Assembly: GCA_027346125.1 (NCBI GenBank)
Contig: DAIEST010000174.1
Coordinates: forward strand, 1,167-65,166
DNA length: 64,000 bases
Reading direction: 5' to 3'
From: Leptospirillum sp.
GTDB lineage: Bacteria; Nitrospirota; Leptospirillia; Leptospirillales; Leptospirillaceae
Position numbers and translations under genes: made by a program. Position 1 is the stretch's first letter. Each line of letters starts with the position of its first letter. The notes beneath the pieces were generated by a model. The model was not told where the DNA came from. It ran no database searches and worked only from the letters and a program-made list of their open reading frames with translations. Below, piece after piece: positions 49,844-58,595 of this stretch.

Positions 49844-51744
49844 TGCCGACCGCTTCTCTCCGCAAAAACATCACCCTGGACTTTGGCAAGTTTGGTCTCG
49901 ATACCCGGCTTCCGCCGATCGCTCCCCAGGTATTGGGGTTCAACAAGGCCACCAATATCTACTTCACGGTGCGGGCGTCGTTCAAAAGTCGCCCGGGCCA
50001 CCAATGGTTCGGGCCGGATTTCCCTTCCTCCGATCCCATCGATGGCCTTTTCGATTTCTGGGTGGATGGTCAAAGCGAATACGTTCTTGTCGTCCAGGGG
50101 GGCATCGTTTGGGTCTACAACTCCGGCTCGAACACGTGGACGCAGATTTCGGTCTCCAATCCGACCGTGGCGCCCACCCTTTCGTTTTCCTCCAGCGCGG
50201 GAACCCTCGTTGCCGGGACATACACCTATGCGGTGACGGCTCTGAACGGACAGGGGGAAACGCTGGCCTCTCCCGCTGTCTCCATCACCACCACGGCGAC
50301 GGGAGAAGTCGTTCTGAACTGGAAGGCGGTTCCCGGAGCCACCTCTTATAACGTCTATGGCCGGGTGGCCGGAAACCTCGGGCTCCTTGGAAACTCGACC
50401 GGAACTTCTTTCACGGACAGCGGTTCGGCCACGCCCGGAGTGGCTCCTCCTGCGGTCGATACGGCCATGCTCCACACCGGGCTTCCCGTGAACTTTGCCG
50501 TTCTCCAGCGCAAGGTGGTTTTCGGGAACGGGACCGACCACAACTACATCTATGACGGAACCACCCTTTCGGATCTCACGATCACGAACGGGGCCTACAA
50601 TCTGACCCCCTGCTCCTATTTTCTGACCCACAACAACCGGATCTATGCGGCAGGTTCCTCGGTCCATCCATCGACCCTCTACTGGTGCGCCGTGGACAAT
50701 CCGGGAAACTGGACGGCTCCGGACGATGCCGGAAACGTCCAGGTGGAAGGTGGGAGAGATGTCATTACCGGGCTGGGATCCTTCGGTTCGGATGTCTGGA
50801 TCTTCAAGGGTCCGAAATATGGCGCGATCTTCGTTCTTTCCGGGACGAGCTACGACAACTTTGCCCTCCAGCCAGCCTATCGGGGCATGTTCGGTTACCA
50901 CCGGAGCATCGTCAATGTCGGGAACGATCTGCTCTTCCAGGGCCCGGACGGGATCTATTCGCTGGCCCACATGATGCAGACCGGAGGAAACCTCCAGACC
51001 TCCCGAATCTCGGAAAACGTCCAGTCCCTTTTTCAGGCCCTCCCGGCCTCCATGCTCGGGGCCGGATGCGCCGTCTATTACGAGCCGGAAAACATCGTCG
51101 TGTTCTACCTCTCCAAAGGAGGGGTCCATCTCGACTATGCCCTGGTGGTGAGCCCTCCCGATCCTCTCGACATCAACATCTACGGGTTCGGCTCGGAGCA
51201 GTACAAATACCGGTGGGCCTCCTGGAATCTTCCTCCCTCCGATGTGGCCGCGTATCAGATCTCCTCTACCAACGTCAAAGGGGTCCTGACCGGTCAGATC
51301 GACACCAACGGGAACCGGCGTCTCTCCATCTGGAACTGGACCTCGGGGACGGATGCGGACGGCACTCAGGTTACGGGCGTGCTCAGCCTCCCTTTCCTCT
51401 CGCTGGGACACCTGCTCCGGGAAAAACTTTTGCGTCATCTTGCGGTGGCTTATTTTTCCACCGGGGAAATTGCGGCCACGCTGACCATGAAGAACGGGTC
51501 GACCTGGCCGGTCACCTTCCCTCCGGTCTCGCAACAGGACTGGCCGGATGTGCCCACAGCCGACACGTGGCCCGATGTGCCGACTGGAACGATCTGGCCA
51601 GCCGGTGAAACCCCGATCCTGAACAATGTCCCGATCGGCGGGAGTTCCACGGCGTTTTCCCTGTCCCTCTCGAATATGGGGGGAGTCATGGAGGTTTTCG
51701 TGTTCGAACTGTTCTATCTCTTCGGAGGCTGGAATGAGAATTGA
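49843..51744 (+). CDS. Putative tail (nozzle / tubular B-like) protein with an FN3-like insertion
   Basis: 633 aa. LVAGTYTYAVTALNGQGETLASPAVSITT...VLNWKAVPGATSYNVYGR module. Confidence 0.5.
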   Translation: MPTASLRKNITLDFGKFGLDTRLPPIAPQVLGFNKATNIYFTVRASFKSRPGHQWFGPDFPSSDPIDGLFDFWVDGQSEYVLVVQGGIVWVYNSGSNTWTQISVSNPTVAPTLSFSSSAGTLVAGTYTYAVTALNGQGETLASPAVSITTTATGEVVLNWKAVPGATSYNVYGRVAGNLGLLGNSTGTSFTDSGSATPGVAPPAVDTAMLHTGLPVNFAVLQRKVVFGNGTDHNYIYDGTTLSDLTITNGAYNLTPCSYFLTHNNRIYAAGSSVHPSTLYWCAVDNPGNWTAPDDAGNVQVEGGRDVITGLGSFGSDVWIFKGPKYGAIFVLSGTSYDNFALQPAYRGMFGYHRSIVNVGNDLLFQGPDGIYSLAHMMQTGGNLQTSRISENVQSLFQALPASMLGAGCAVYYEPENIVVFYLSKGGVHLDYALVVSPPDPLDINIYGFGSEQYKYRWASWNLPPSDVAAYQISSTNVKGVLTGQIDTNGNRRLSIWNWTSGTDADGTQVTGVLSLPFLSLGHLLREKLLRHLAVAYFSTGEIAATLTMKNGSTWPVTFPPVSQQDWPDVPTADTWPDVPTGTIWPAGETPILNNVPIGGSSTAFSLSLSNMGGVMEVFVFELFYLFGGWNEN

Positions 51745-51753
51745 GGTAACCCG

Positions 51754-52695
51754 ATGATTTCGCCGTCTTCCGCTCTGGCATTGATCGCACCTGGGGACTC
51801 CATGGATATCACGCAGGTCCATGCGGAACTGGCATGGATCGAATCCCGCGCCCTCGATGCCGGGAATTCCCAGGGCGACACCATGGCAGGGCCTTTGACC
51901 GTTCCGGGGCTTGTCCTGGGAGGAGTAAGCGTTTCCACAAACGGGATGTTCTACTTCGGGCCCGATACGGGATCAACGAATTCCCTGACCGTTACGACCT
52001 CTTTCCCGTCCGCTCTCGCCAAAGGGCAGGTGATCGCCGTCAAAGTGGCCAACACCAACACGGGAAGCGCCACCCTCAACATCAACAGTCTGGGGGCCAA
52101 TACCATCCTGCAAGGAGGGGTTCCGCTTTCAGGGGGAGAGCTTCCGGCCAAGGGATGGGTCCTTCTCGAATTTGACGGCACGTACTGGAACGTCATCGGG
52201 ATGGCGCCGGGAGGATCTCCGAATGTGGATGTGAGGATGTACGCCTTTCCGTCCGGGACCCGGCTCCTTTTTCAGCAATCCTCGGTCCCTCCCGGGTGGA
52301 CGCAGGACACGGGGATCCAGAACGATTCCCTTCTCCGGGTGGTGAGCGGGGCCGGAGGGGGAGTCTACGCCGGATCGGGAGTATCGACAATCCTGAGAGG
52401 GGGAGCCTCAACTGACGATCATACTCTTTCCATTACGGAAATGCCGTCCCACAACCATGGCGTCAATGATCCGGGCCATAATCATTATTTCCCAAACACT
52501 TCCATAAGTGGTTCAAACGGCAATAGTGTGAATTGTAACGTCGGTGGGGGCGGCTCTGTTATGGCAAATGTGAATACTACCTTTAATAACACTGGAATCT
52601 CCATTCAAAATACAGGCGGAGGAGCCGGGCATCTTCACTCTCTTTCCGAACTCAATATCAATTCTCTGGACATTATAGTGGGGGTGAAAAACTGA
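51754..52695 (+). CDS. Tail fibre protein with collar-type C-terminal domain
   Basis: 313 aa. LSITEMPSHNHGVNDPGHNHYF is the tail-collar (MdpB-like) motif. Confidence 0.68.
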   Translation: MISPSSALALIAPGDSMDITQVHAELAWIESRALDAGNSQGDTMAGPLTVPGLVLGGVSVSTNGMFYFGPDTGSTNSLTVTTSFPSALAKGQVIAVKVANTNTGSATLNINSLGANTILQGGVPLSGGELPAKGWVLLEFDGTYWNVIGMAPGGSPNVDVRMYAFPSGTRLLFQQSSVPPGWTQDTGIQNDSLLRVVSGAGGGVYAGSGVSTILRGGASTDDHTLSITEMPSHNHGVNDPGHNHYFPNTSISGSNGNSVNCNVGGGGSVMANVNTTFNNTGISIQNTGGGAGHLHSLSELNINSLDIIVGVKN

Positions 52696-53012
52696 TGAAG
52701 AAGCCGGAAAAACAAACCCCGCTGTGCCCTCTGATCCAGTCGGAATGCGTGGAGGAGGGGTGCAAGTTCTTCCTCGAGATGGAGCGCCGGAACATTGCGA
52801 CAGGGTCTGCGGAGAAATACCGGGAGTGCGCGTTCATCGTCCAGATCGGCGTTCTTTCAGAGAATTCTATGGCGATCAACCGGATGGTCGAATCGATGGG
52901 ATCTTTCCGTGACCACACGGTGGACGCCATCCGTAACCATTCCTTGGCCATGGCCATCCACCTGGACAAGGGATTCGGGAACGTCAAAGCGATAGAGGAG
53001 AAGAAAGAATGA
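52695..53012 (+). CDS. Hypothetical protein
   Basis: 105-aa ORF. Confidence 0.45.
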   Translation: MKKPEKQTPLCPLIQSECVEEGCKFFLEMERRNIATGSAEKYRECAFIVQIGVLSENSMAINRMVESMGSFRDHTVDAIRNHSLAMAIHLDKGFGNVKAIEEKKE

Positions 53013-53773
53013 GCGCGGCATTTTTGGGGGGATTGGGAGCGGGGGTCGGATCCGGAGTCAGCTTTGGAGGAAACTTCGGGGGGCAATCCGGAACCCAAAC
53101 ATCATCCGGAACCACCAGCACCAAAGGAACCTCTTCCGGGTCCAAAACATCGTCGCAATCGATTGCCCCGATGTCGGGAACGGAAAAGGGGCTCATGGGG
53201 AATCTGGCCGGATATGGGCCGAACTCTGCCAATCCTTGGACCACCTTTGGAGGATCCGGCCTGGCAAACCTCTATTCGGGCGGCATGCAGCCGACCAAGG
53301 CCCAGAAGAGCGGTCTTGGGGCCATCCGGCAGTCGCAGCTTGCCGCCGACCAACAGGGGCTGAATTTTTCGATGTTCGGCCCAGGGGGCTGGATGAACCA
53401 GATCAACAACCAGATGGCCGACCGGGGGATGACCAACTCGTCCGTGGATACGATGGCTCAGACCGGAGCGGTGGAAAACGCCCAGAACCTGATGAATCAG
53501 GACGTGCAGGCCGCCAACCAGCAATACCAGCAGGGGATGCTCGACCTTCCATTTCAGAACGCCCATGTTTTGTCAGGGCTGGCATCACTCGGCCTCAATG
53601 TCTCCGGGCAAAACGCCGGAGTCATGCAAGGGCTGTTGGGCCTCCTGACTCAGAGGGACATGGCGAACGCGACCCAGACAGGAAACTTCAATACAAACAC
53701 GAACCAGACCCAGAACTACAACAACACGACAAGTTTCAATTCCGGTTCTTCCGGATTCAAGTTCAGTCTGTAG
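53009..53773 (+). CDS. Gly/Ser/Gln/Asn-rich virion protein (internal/ejection protein candidate)
   Basis: 254 aa of low-complexity composition. Confidence 0.45.
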   Translation: MSAAFLGGLGAGVGSGVSFGGNFGGQSGTQTSSGTTSTKGTSSGSKTSSQSIAPMSGTEKGLMGNLAGYGPNSANPWTTFGGSGLANLYSGGMQPTKAQKSGLGAIRQSQLAADQQGLNFSMFGPGGWMNQINNQMADRGMTNSSVDTMAQTGAVENAQNLMNQDVQAANQQYQQGMLDLPFQNAHVLSGLASLGLNVSGQNAGVMQGLLGLLTQRDMANATQTGNFNTNTNQTQNYNNTTSFNSGSSGFKFSL

Positions 53774-53783
53774 GAGAGAAAAA

Positions 53784-55688
53784 GTGGGAATGCTGTCATC
53801 GCTAGAACGAGGAATGGATACGGCTGGAAGGGTTTTGGGACTGCCCGTGGTCTCTCCCCTTCTTGAACTTCCGCAGTATATCCATAACCAGAATCAGAAG
53901 GCCGCGACCGAAGCCGCTCTCCAGACATACGAACGCAACGCCGGAGATCAGGGGGCTCCGGCCCACTCCTCCCCGACCTTGCAACGAAGCCTGGTTTATC
54001 CTCTCGCACAACCGGGCCCCCAAGGAGGGGGGCTCCAGATGGCGGCCAACGGAGCCGATCCCGTCTTCCCGGCCAATTTTCATACTGGCCAGATGCTTCC
54101 CAGACCGACCGGAAATGAGGTTCCACAAGGAGCGCAGATCGCCCAGGGACCTCCCCAGATGGTGGCCAAAGTCGGAGGAAGCGTGACGGTTCCCGCACGT
54201 CCATCGGCCTCGAAGTTGTTTCTGGATAACTTGAACAAGATCCATTCGCCAGAATCGATGGCGCTTCTGCAAAAACAGGATCCGAACCAGTACAGAAAGA
54301 TCAAAGCATGGCGCGGGATCGCCAACTTCGATCAGGGGAATACTGCCGGCGCCATGGCGGATCTCGTAGACGCAGGGCTTCCCGCCACATCCGCGATCGC
54401 CATCCTGCAGGAACAGAAAAACCAGAAGGCCATGGGGCAGTTCGGACAGACCCTCCAGACCCTCATGCAAGGGAGTAGGTCTCGGGGAGGTACGTCGCCC
54501 TCTTCTGCGAGCGTTGCTTCCCCCGGACAAGCATCCTCCCCACCCCAAGCGGGGCCACCACAAGGGGTGCCAACAGGAATGCCTCAAGGGACCCCTCCTC
54601 CTTCGTATCCGATGGCTCAAGATGGAATGCCTCTGACAAAGCAGGAATTTATGCAGAAATCCTTCAAGGCTCTCCAGACTGTGCCCCCTGCGCAGCGCAA
54701 TGCCGCCTTTCAGCAGGTCCAGCAAATGGCGTCCACGCTTCCGGATCGCAAAGAGATTGGTCCATTTCTCGCACAAAAGGCCCTCCCGGCTTTTGAGGAA
54801 GGACTCGGGACCGCAAAAACTCAAGCGGATGTGAACGGATTGATCTCCAGACAGCTTCAGAGTCTCCCTGTCGCGGCTCGAGATCCTTTTCTGAAGTCGA
54901 TCAATCCTCTTCTCCAGAACTGGCAAAAAGGACTCGCTACCCAGCAGAAGGAAAGCACCCTGACAGGTCCGGCCCTCGACCTTGCGGCCAAACAATACCT
55001 GGCGACTGGCACAATGCCTTCCTTCGGAATGCAGGGCCAGAAACAGAAGGAAGCGGTGATGAATCGGGCGGCCCAACTTCAACAAGCAGAAGGTCTGACT
55101 CCGGACGATGTGGTCTTCAACCAGAATGAAATCAAGGCAGGACGTCAGGCCTTGGGGCAGATCGCCAAGTCCCAGGGAATGATCATGCAGTACGAGGATA
55201 CAGCCTACAAGAATGCTGATCTCGCCCTCAAGGCTGCGGACAAGGTAGACCGAACCGGAGCCCCTGTCTTCAACCGATGGCTTATGGCCGGAAGAAGCGC
55301 TGTTGGCGGGAGTCCGGATGTCGCCCGGTTCAATGCGGCCAACCAGACCTTTGTGAACGAGTACGCCAAGGTCATGTCGGGAGGATACGGAGCCTCTGCC
55401 ACTTCCGATTCGGCCCGGCAGGAAGCCCTCTCCATGCTCAATACGGCTCAGACACCCGAGCAGTACAGGGCTGTTGTCGATCAGCTCAAAAAGGAGATGA
55501 ACAACCGGATGGAGGCCATGCGCCACACGCGCACTTTTCTGGAAGATCAGATTCGAAAAGCCATTTCCGGAAAAAAGGGAGGGGCCGCATCGGCTAAAAA
55601 ACTTCCTGCAGGTGCGATTTCCGGAACCTTCCGTGGACAAAAGGGCTATCTCCTGAACGGCCGATTCTACGCACAGGAGGCCCAATGA
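53784..55688 (+). CDS. Large virion protein (internal/ejection protein candidate)
   Basis: 634 aa, Gln/Pro-rich centre. No tape-measure-like repeats were recognised. Confidence 0.45.
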   Translation: MGMLSSLERGMDTAGRVLGLPVVSPLLELPQYIHNQNQKAATEAALQTYERNAGDQGAPAHSSPTLQRSLVYPLAQPGPQGGGLQMAANGADPVFPANFHTGQMLPRPTGNEVPQGAQIAQGPPQMVAKVGGSVTVPARPSASKLFLDNLNKIHSPESMALLQKQDPNQYRKIKAWRGIANFDQGNTAGAMADLVDAGLPATSAIAILQEQKNQKAMGQFGQTLQTLMQGSRSRGGTSPSSASVASPGQASSPPQAGPPQGVPTGMPQGTPPPSYPMAQDGMPLTKQEFMQKSFKALQTVPPAQRNAAFQQVQQMASTLPDRKEIGPFLAQKALPAFEEGLGTAKTQADVNGLISRQLQSLPVAARDPFLKSINPLLQNWQKGLATQQKESTLTGPALDLAAKQYLATGTMPSFGMQGQKQKEAVMNRAAQLQQAEGLTPDDVVFNQNEIKAGRQALGQIAKSQGMIMQYEDTAYKNADLALKAADKVDRTGAPVFNRWLMAGRSAVGGSPDVARFNAANQTFVNEYAKVMSGGYGASATSDSARQEALSMLNTAQTPEQYRAVVDQLKKEMNNRMEAMRHTRTFLEDQIRKAISGKKGGAASAKKLPAGAISGTFRGQKGYLLNGRFYAQEAQ

Positions 55689-57301
55689 GCGGAGTTGTCC
55701 TGACTCCCGATCAGTTGAAGGAGTTCAAGCCGGATTCAGGGGTCAAACTCACTGCGTCCGACATGAAGGATTTTGTTCCGGAAAATGGAAACCGGGCGAC
55801 TTCTTCCCCTCCGTCCCCACCCAAATCCCGCTCCTGGTCCGATGTCCCGAAGGAGGCCCTGAAAAACGCTGTTCCCTCCCTCGGAAAGACGGCCGAAAAC
55901 ATCGGGTCGGCTCTTCTTCATCCTGTGGACTCTATTGAATCAACGGTGCGGGGATTGTCCGGGGGTCTCGATCTCTTCCTGAAAGCCATGGATCTCCATC
56001 CCTCCAAACTCTACCGCGATCCGGGGGAATACCAGAAGGATGTGGCTGTGGCCCGGTCCCTTCTCCATCATCTCTCCGGCCGTTACGGGTCGGAAGAAGC
56101 GATCAAGAACACTCTGGCCACGGATCCGGCCGGTGCCCTTCTGGATGCATCCGCTCTCCTGTCCCCGGCTTCAGGTCTCCTTCGAAAAGCCGGATTGCCA
56201 GGGGCGGCGGAAATCGCCGAGAAAGTCACGCAGGCTCCGGTGGCCTTGGCCGCAAAAGGGGTCAAGGCCGCAGGAAAGGTAGCCGGAAAGGGAATGGCCC
56301 AAACCCTCGGACGCATGACGGGAACCAGTGCGGAATCTGTTGCAGCGTCCCTTAAAGGAATGCCGGGATTTTTGAGGCAGATGAGAGGGACCGGAGCGAC
56401 GGAGGAAGAAATCTCCAATGCGGGGGTCCAGAGGCTTTCCCGGTTGAAAGGGGAAAACAGCGACGCCTATGAAAAGGATCTGGAAGCCATTGGCAATTCT
56501 CCTCTCTCGACGGACCCCTTCGTCAAGAAATATGTGGACAAGATGAAAAAGGAGCGCGTCTCGTCCGTGGCGGGAAAGAACCTGGATTTCTCCAATTCGA
56601 GCCTTGGCCCGAAGGGTCCTTCTCAGCTTCAGGAGGCCCACAAGCTCTTCCGGAAAGCCTGGAATGCCAAAAACATGGGTTTTCAGGACGTGGTTGTCAT
56701 GAAGCATCAATTGCAGAACCTTCTCGACGAGACGCCCTACAAGAGCCGCGCGCGAGCGGTCATGACGCATATTGTCAAAGCTGTGGATGATGTTTTGAAG
56801 CAGCATCCTTCCTACGCAAAGCTGACAGCGGACTATCAGCGGCGCAAGCGTGTGATCGATCAGATGGAAAAGGCGTTTTCGCTGACCACCGACAAGAAGA
56901 GACTCAATACCCGGACCATCCTCACCAAGATGCAGACCATCGGCAGAAGTCACAGCCAATACGGGAGAGATCTTGTGGGGAAATTCGATCCTTCCGGGAA
57001 TCTGCAGGCGCAAATGTATGGCCTCGAAATGAAGCCCTGGTTCCGGAGGGGAATGGAAGCGCCTCTTCTTTGGGGGGAAGGAGGTGCGGCCGCCACTGGT
57101 GCTCTTTCACATTCCGCCGCTTTGCCGGGAACCGGATTGGGTCTCATTGGATTGTCTTCACCGCGCCTGGTGGGGGAAGCAGGAAATCTTCTCGGGAAGA
57201 CGGCGCGGGGGGCATCCGCCCTGGCCGAACGATCCCGTCTCCCGGCATCGGGTCTTTTGGCCCTGCTCGAAGAGCAAGGAGCGGTTGCCAATGGCCAGTA
57301 A
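55685..57301 (+). CDS. Large virion protein
   Basis: 538-aa ORF. Confidence 0.45.
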   Translation: MSGVVLTPDQLKEFKPDSGVKLTASDMKDFVPENGNRATSSPPSPPKSRSWSDVPKEALKNAVPSLGKTAENIGSALLHPVDSIESTVRGLSGGLDLFLKAMDLHPSKLYRDPGEYQKDVAVARSLLHHLSGRYGSEEAIKNTLATDPAGALLDASALLSPASGLLRKAGLPGAAEIAEKVTQAPVALAAKGVKAAGKVAGKGMAQTLGRMTGTSAESVAASLKGMPGFLRQMRGTGATEEEISNAGVQRLSRLKGENSDAYEKDLEAIGNSPLSTDPFVKKYVDKMKKERVSSVAGKNLDFSNSSLGPKGPSQLQEAHKLFRKAWNAKNMGFQDVVVMKHQLQNLLDETPYKSRARAVMTHIVKAVDDVLKQHPSYAKLTADYQRRKRVIDQMEKAFSLTTDKKRLNTRTILTKMQTIGRSHSQYGRDLVGKFDPSGNLQAQMYGLEMKPWFRRGMEAPLLWGEGGAAATGALSHSAALPGTGLGLIGLSSPRLVGEAGNLLGKTARGASALAERSRLPASGLLALLEEQGAVANGQ

Positions 57302-58595
57302 GCCGCTTCGAATCGCGTTCCTGACAAAGGACGGGACCTATCTTCCTTTCGCCATCCGTTGTCTGATCGAGGGCTGCGAAGTGAGGGCGATCTGGACGAA
57401 ACCCCGAAAAAGCCGGATCGGGGTCGGGATGGTGGATGAACTCCCTCTCGGAAAACTTGCTTCCTGGAAGCCGGATGCGGTGGTGGTCGACTGTACGGGC
57501 ATGGGGAAGATCGCCGACCGTCTCCGGAAGATCGGTCTCCCCGTGTACGGGGGGTCTGAAATCGCCGACTTCCTGGAATACGAGCGAGACAAAGTGCTGG
57601 ACCTGCTGAAAAACGCAGGGATCGCGGTTCCGGAGACCTACTCCACCCGGAATGTTTCCCAGGCGATCGCGCACGTCAAAAAGACCGGCGAATCTTTTGT
57701 CATCAAGCTCGATGGGGAGAAAGGAGCGGGATCCTCCCTCACGTATGTGGGAGATGGTCCGGAAGACGTGATCGAAATGCTGGAAACCTATTCCGGCAAG
57801 ATCGGGGGAGCCCTGATCAACCTCCAGACAAAAGTCCGGGGGGTGGAGATCAGTACGGAGGGATTTTTCGACGGCAAGAAGTTTCTCGATGGATTCTGGA
57901 ACCACACCCTCGAGCGCAAGAAATTCATGAACGGCGATATCGGCCCCAACACCGGGTGTGCCGGAGATGTCCTCTGGTGGACCGAATCCAACAAGGTGAT
58001 CGAGCAGGGAATCCGAAAGCTCGAACCGATCCTCGGAAAGCTCGGATTCTATGGCCAGATCGACTTGAACACGATCGTCGAGCGGATCTTGCCCATGAAC
58101 CCGGGCGATAAGGGAGCGACATTCAAGGTCTGGGGCCTCGAACTGACCCCACGTTTTGGCATCAATGCCTCCGTCACTCTCATGCAGTTGACGGATCAGC
58201 CCATGGCCCGGTTCTTTGTCGAGGCTGCACATCACCAAGTCCGGGAGATCAAGAAGGCCAAGGGATATGCCTGTTCCGTGACGCTTTCCATTCCACCTTT
58301 TCCCAACAAGACGGCCGAAATTCCATCAAAGGATATTCCTTGCCTTTTCGATCTTGAGATCCTTTCCCGCGTGAACCCGCTCGATATGTGGTGGAACGGG
58401 GATCATTTCGAGAGCGCGGGAGATGGCGGATGGATCTGCTCTCCGGCCGGAACCGGGGCCACCGTTCGGGAAGCCCGGTATGATGCCTATTCCGTGGTCG
58501 ACCGGATCAACCTTCCCAACAAGCAATACCGGACGGATATCGGGGACAAGGCGGAAGAGGACATCAAGACCCTCGAACGATGGGGGATGCTGTGA
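57291..58595 (+). CDS. ATP-grasp enzyme, PurD (glycinamide ribonucleotide synthetase)-like
   Basis: ORF 57084..58595 trimmed to ATG 57291. LEYERDKVLDLLKNAGIAVPET, FVIKLDGEKGAGSS, VEISTEGFFDG, and ERKKFMNGDIGPNTGCAG, which parallels DHKR..DGD.GPNTGGMG of PurD. Confidence 0.72.
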   Translation: MASKPLRIAFLTKDGTYLPFAIRCLIEGCEVRAIWTKPRKSRIGVGMVDELPLGKLASWKPDAVVVDCTGMGKIADRLRKIGLPVYGGSEIADFLEYERDKVLDLLKNAGIAVPETYSTRNVSQAIAHVKKTGESFVIKLDGEKGAGSSLTYVGDGPEDVIEMLETYSGKIGGALINLQTKVRGVEISTEGFFDGKKFLDGFWNHTLERKKFMNGDIGPNTGCAGDVLWWTESNKVIEQGIRKLEPILGKLGFYGQIDLNTIVERILPMNPGDKGATFKVWGLELTPRFGINASVTLMQLTDQPMARFFVEAAHHQVREIKKAKGYACSVTLSIPPFPNKTAEIPSKDIPCLFDLEILSRVNPLDMWWNGDHFESAGDGGWICSPAGTGATVREARYDAYSVVDRINLPNKQYRTDIGDKAEEDIKTLERWGML

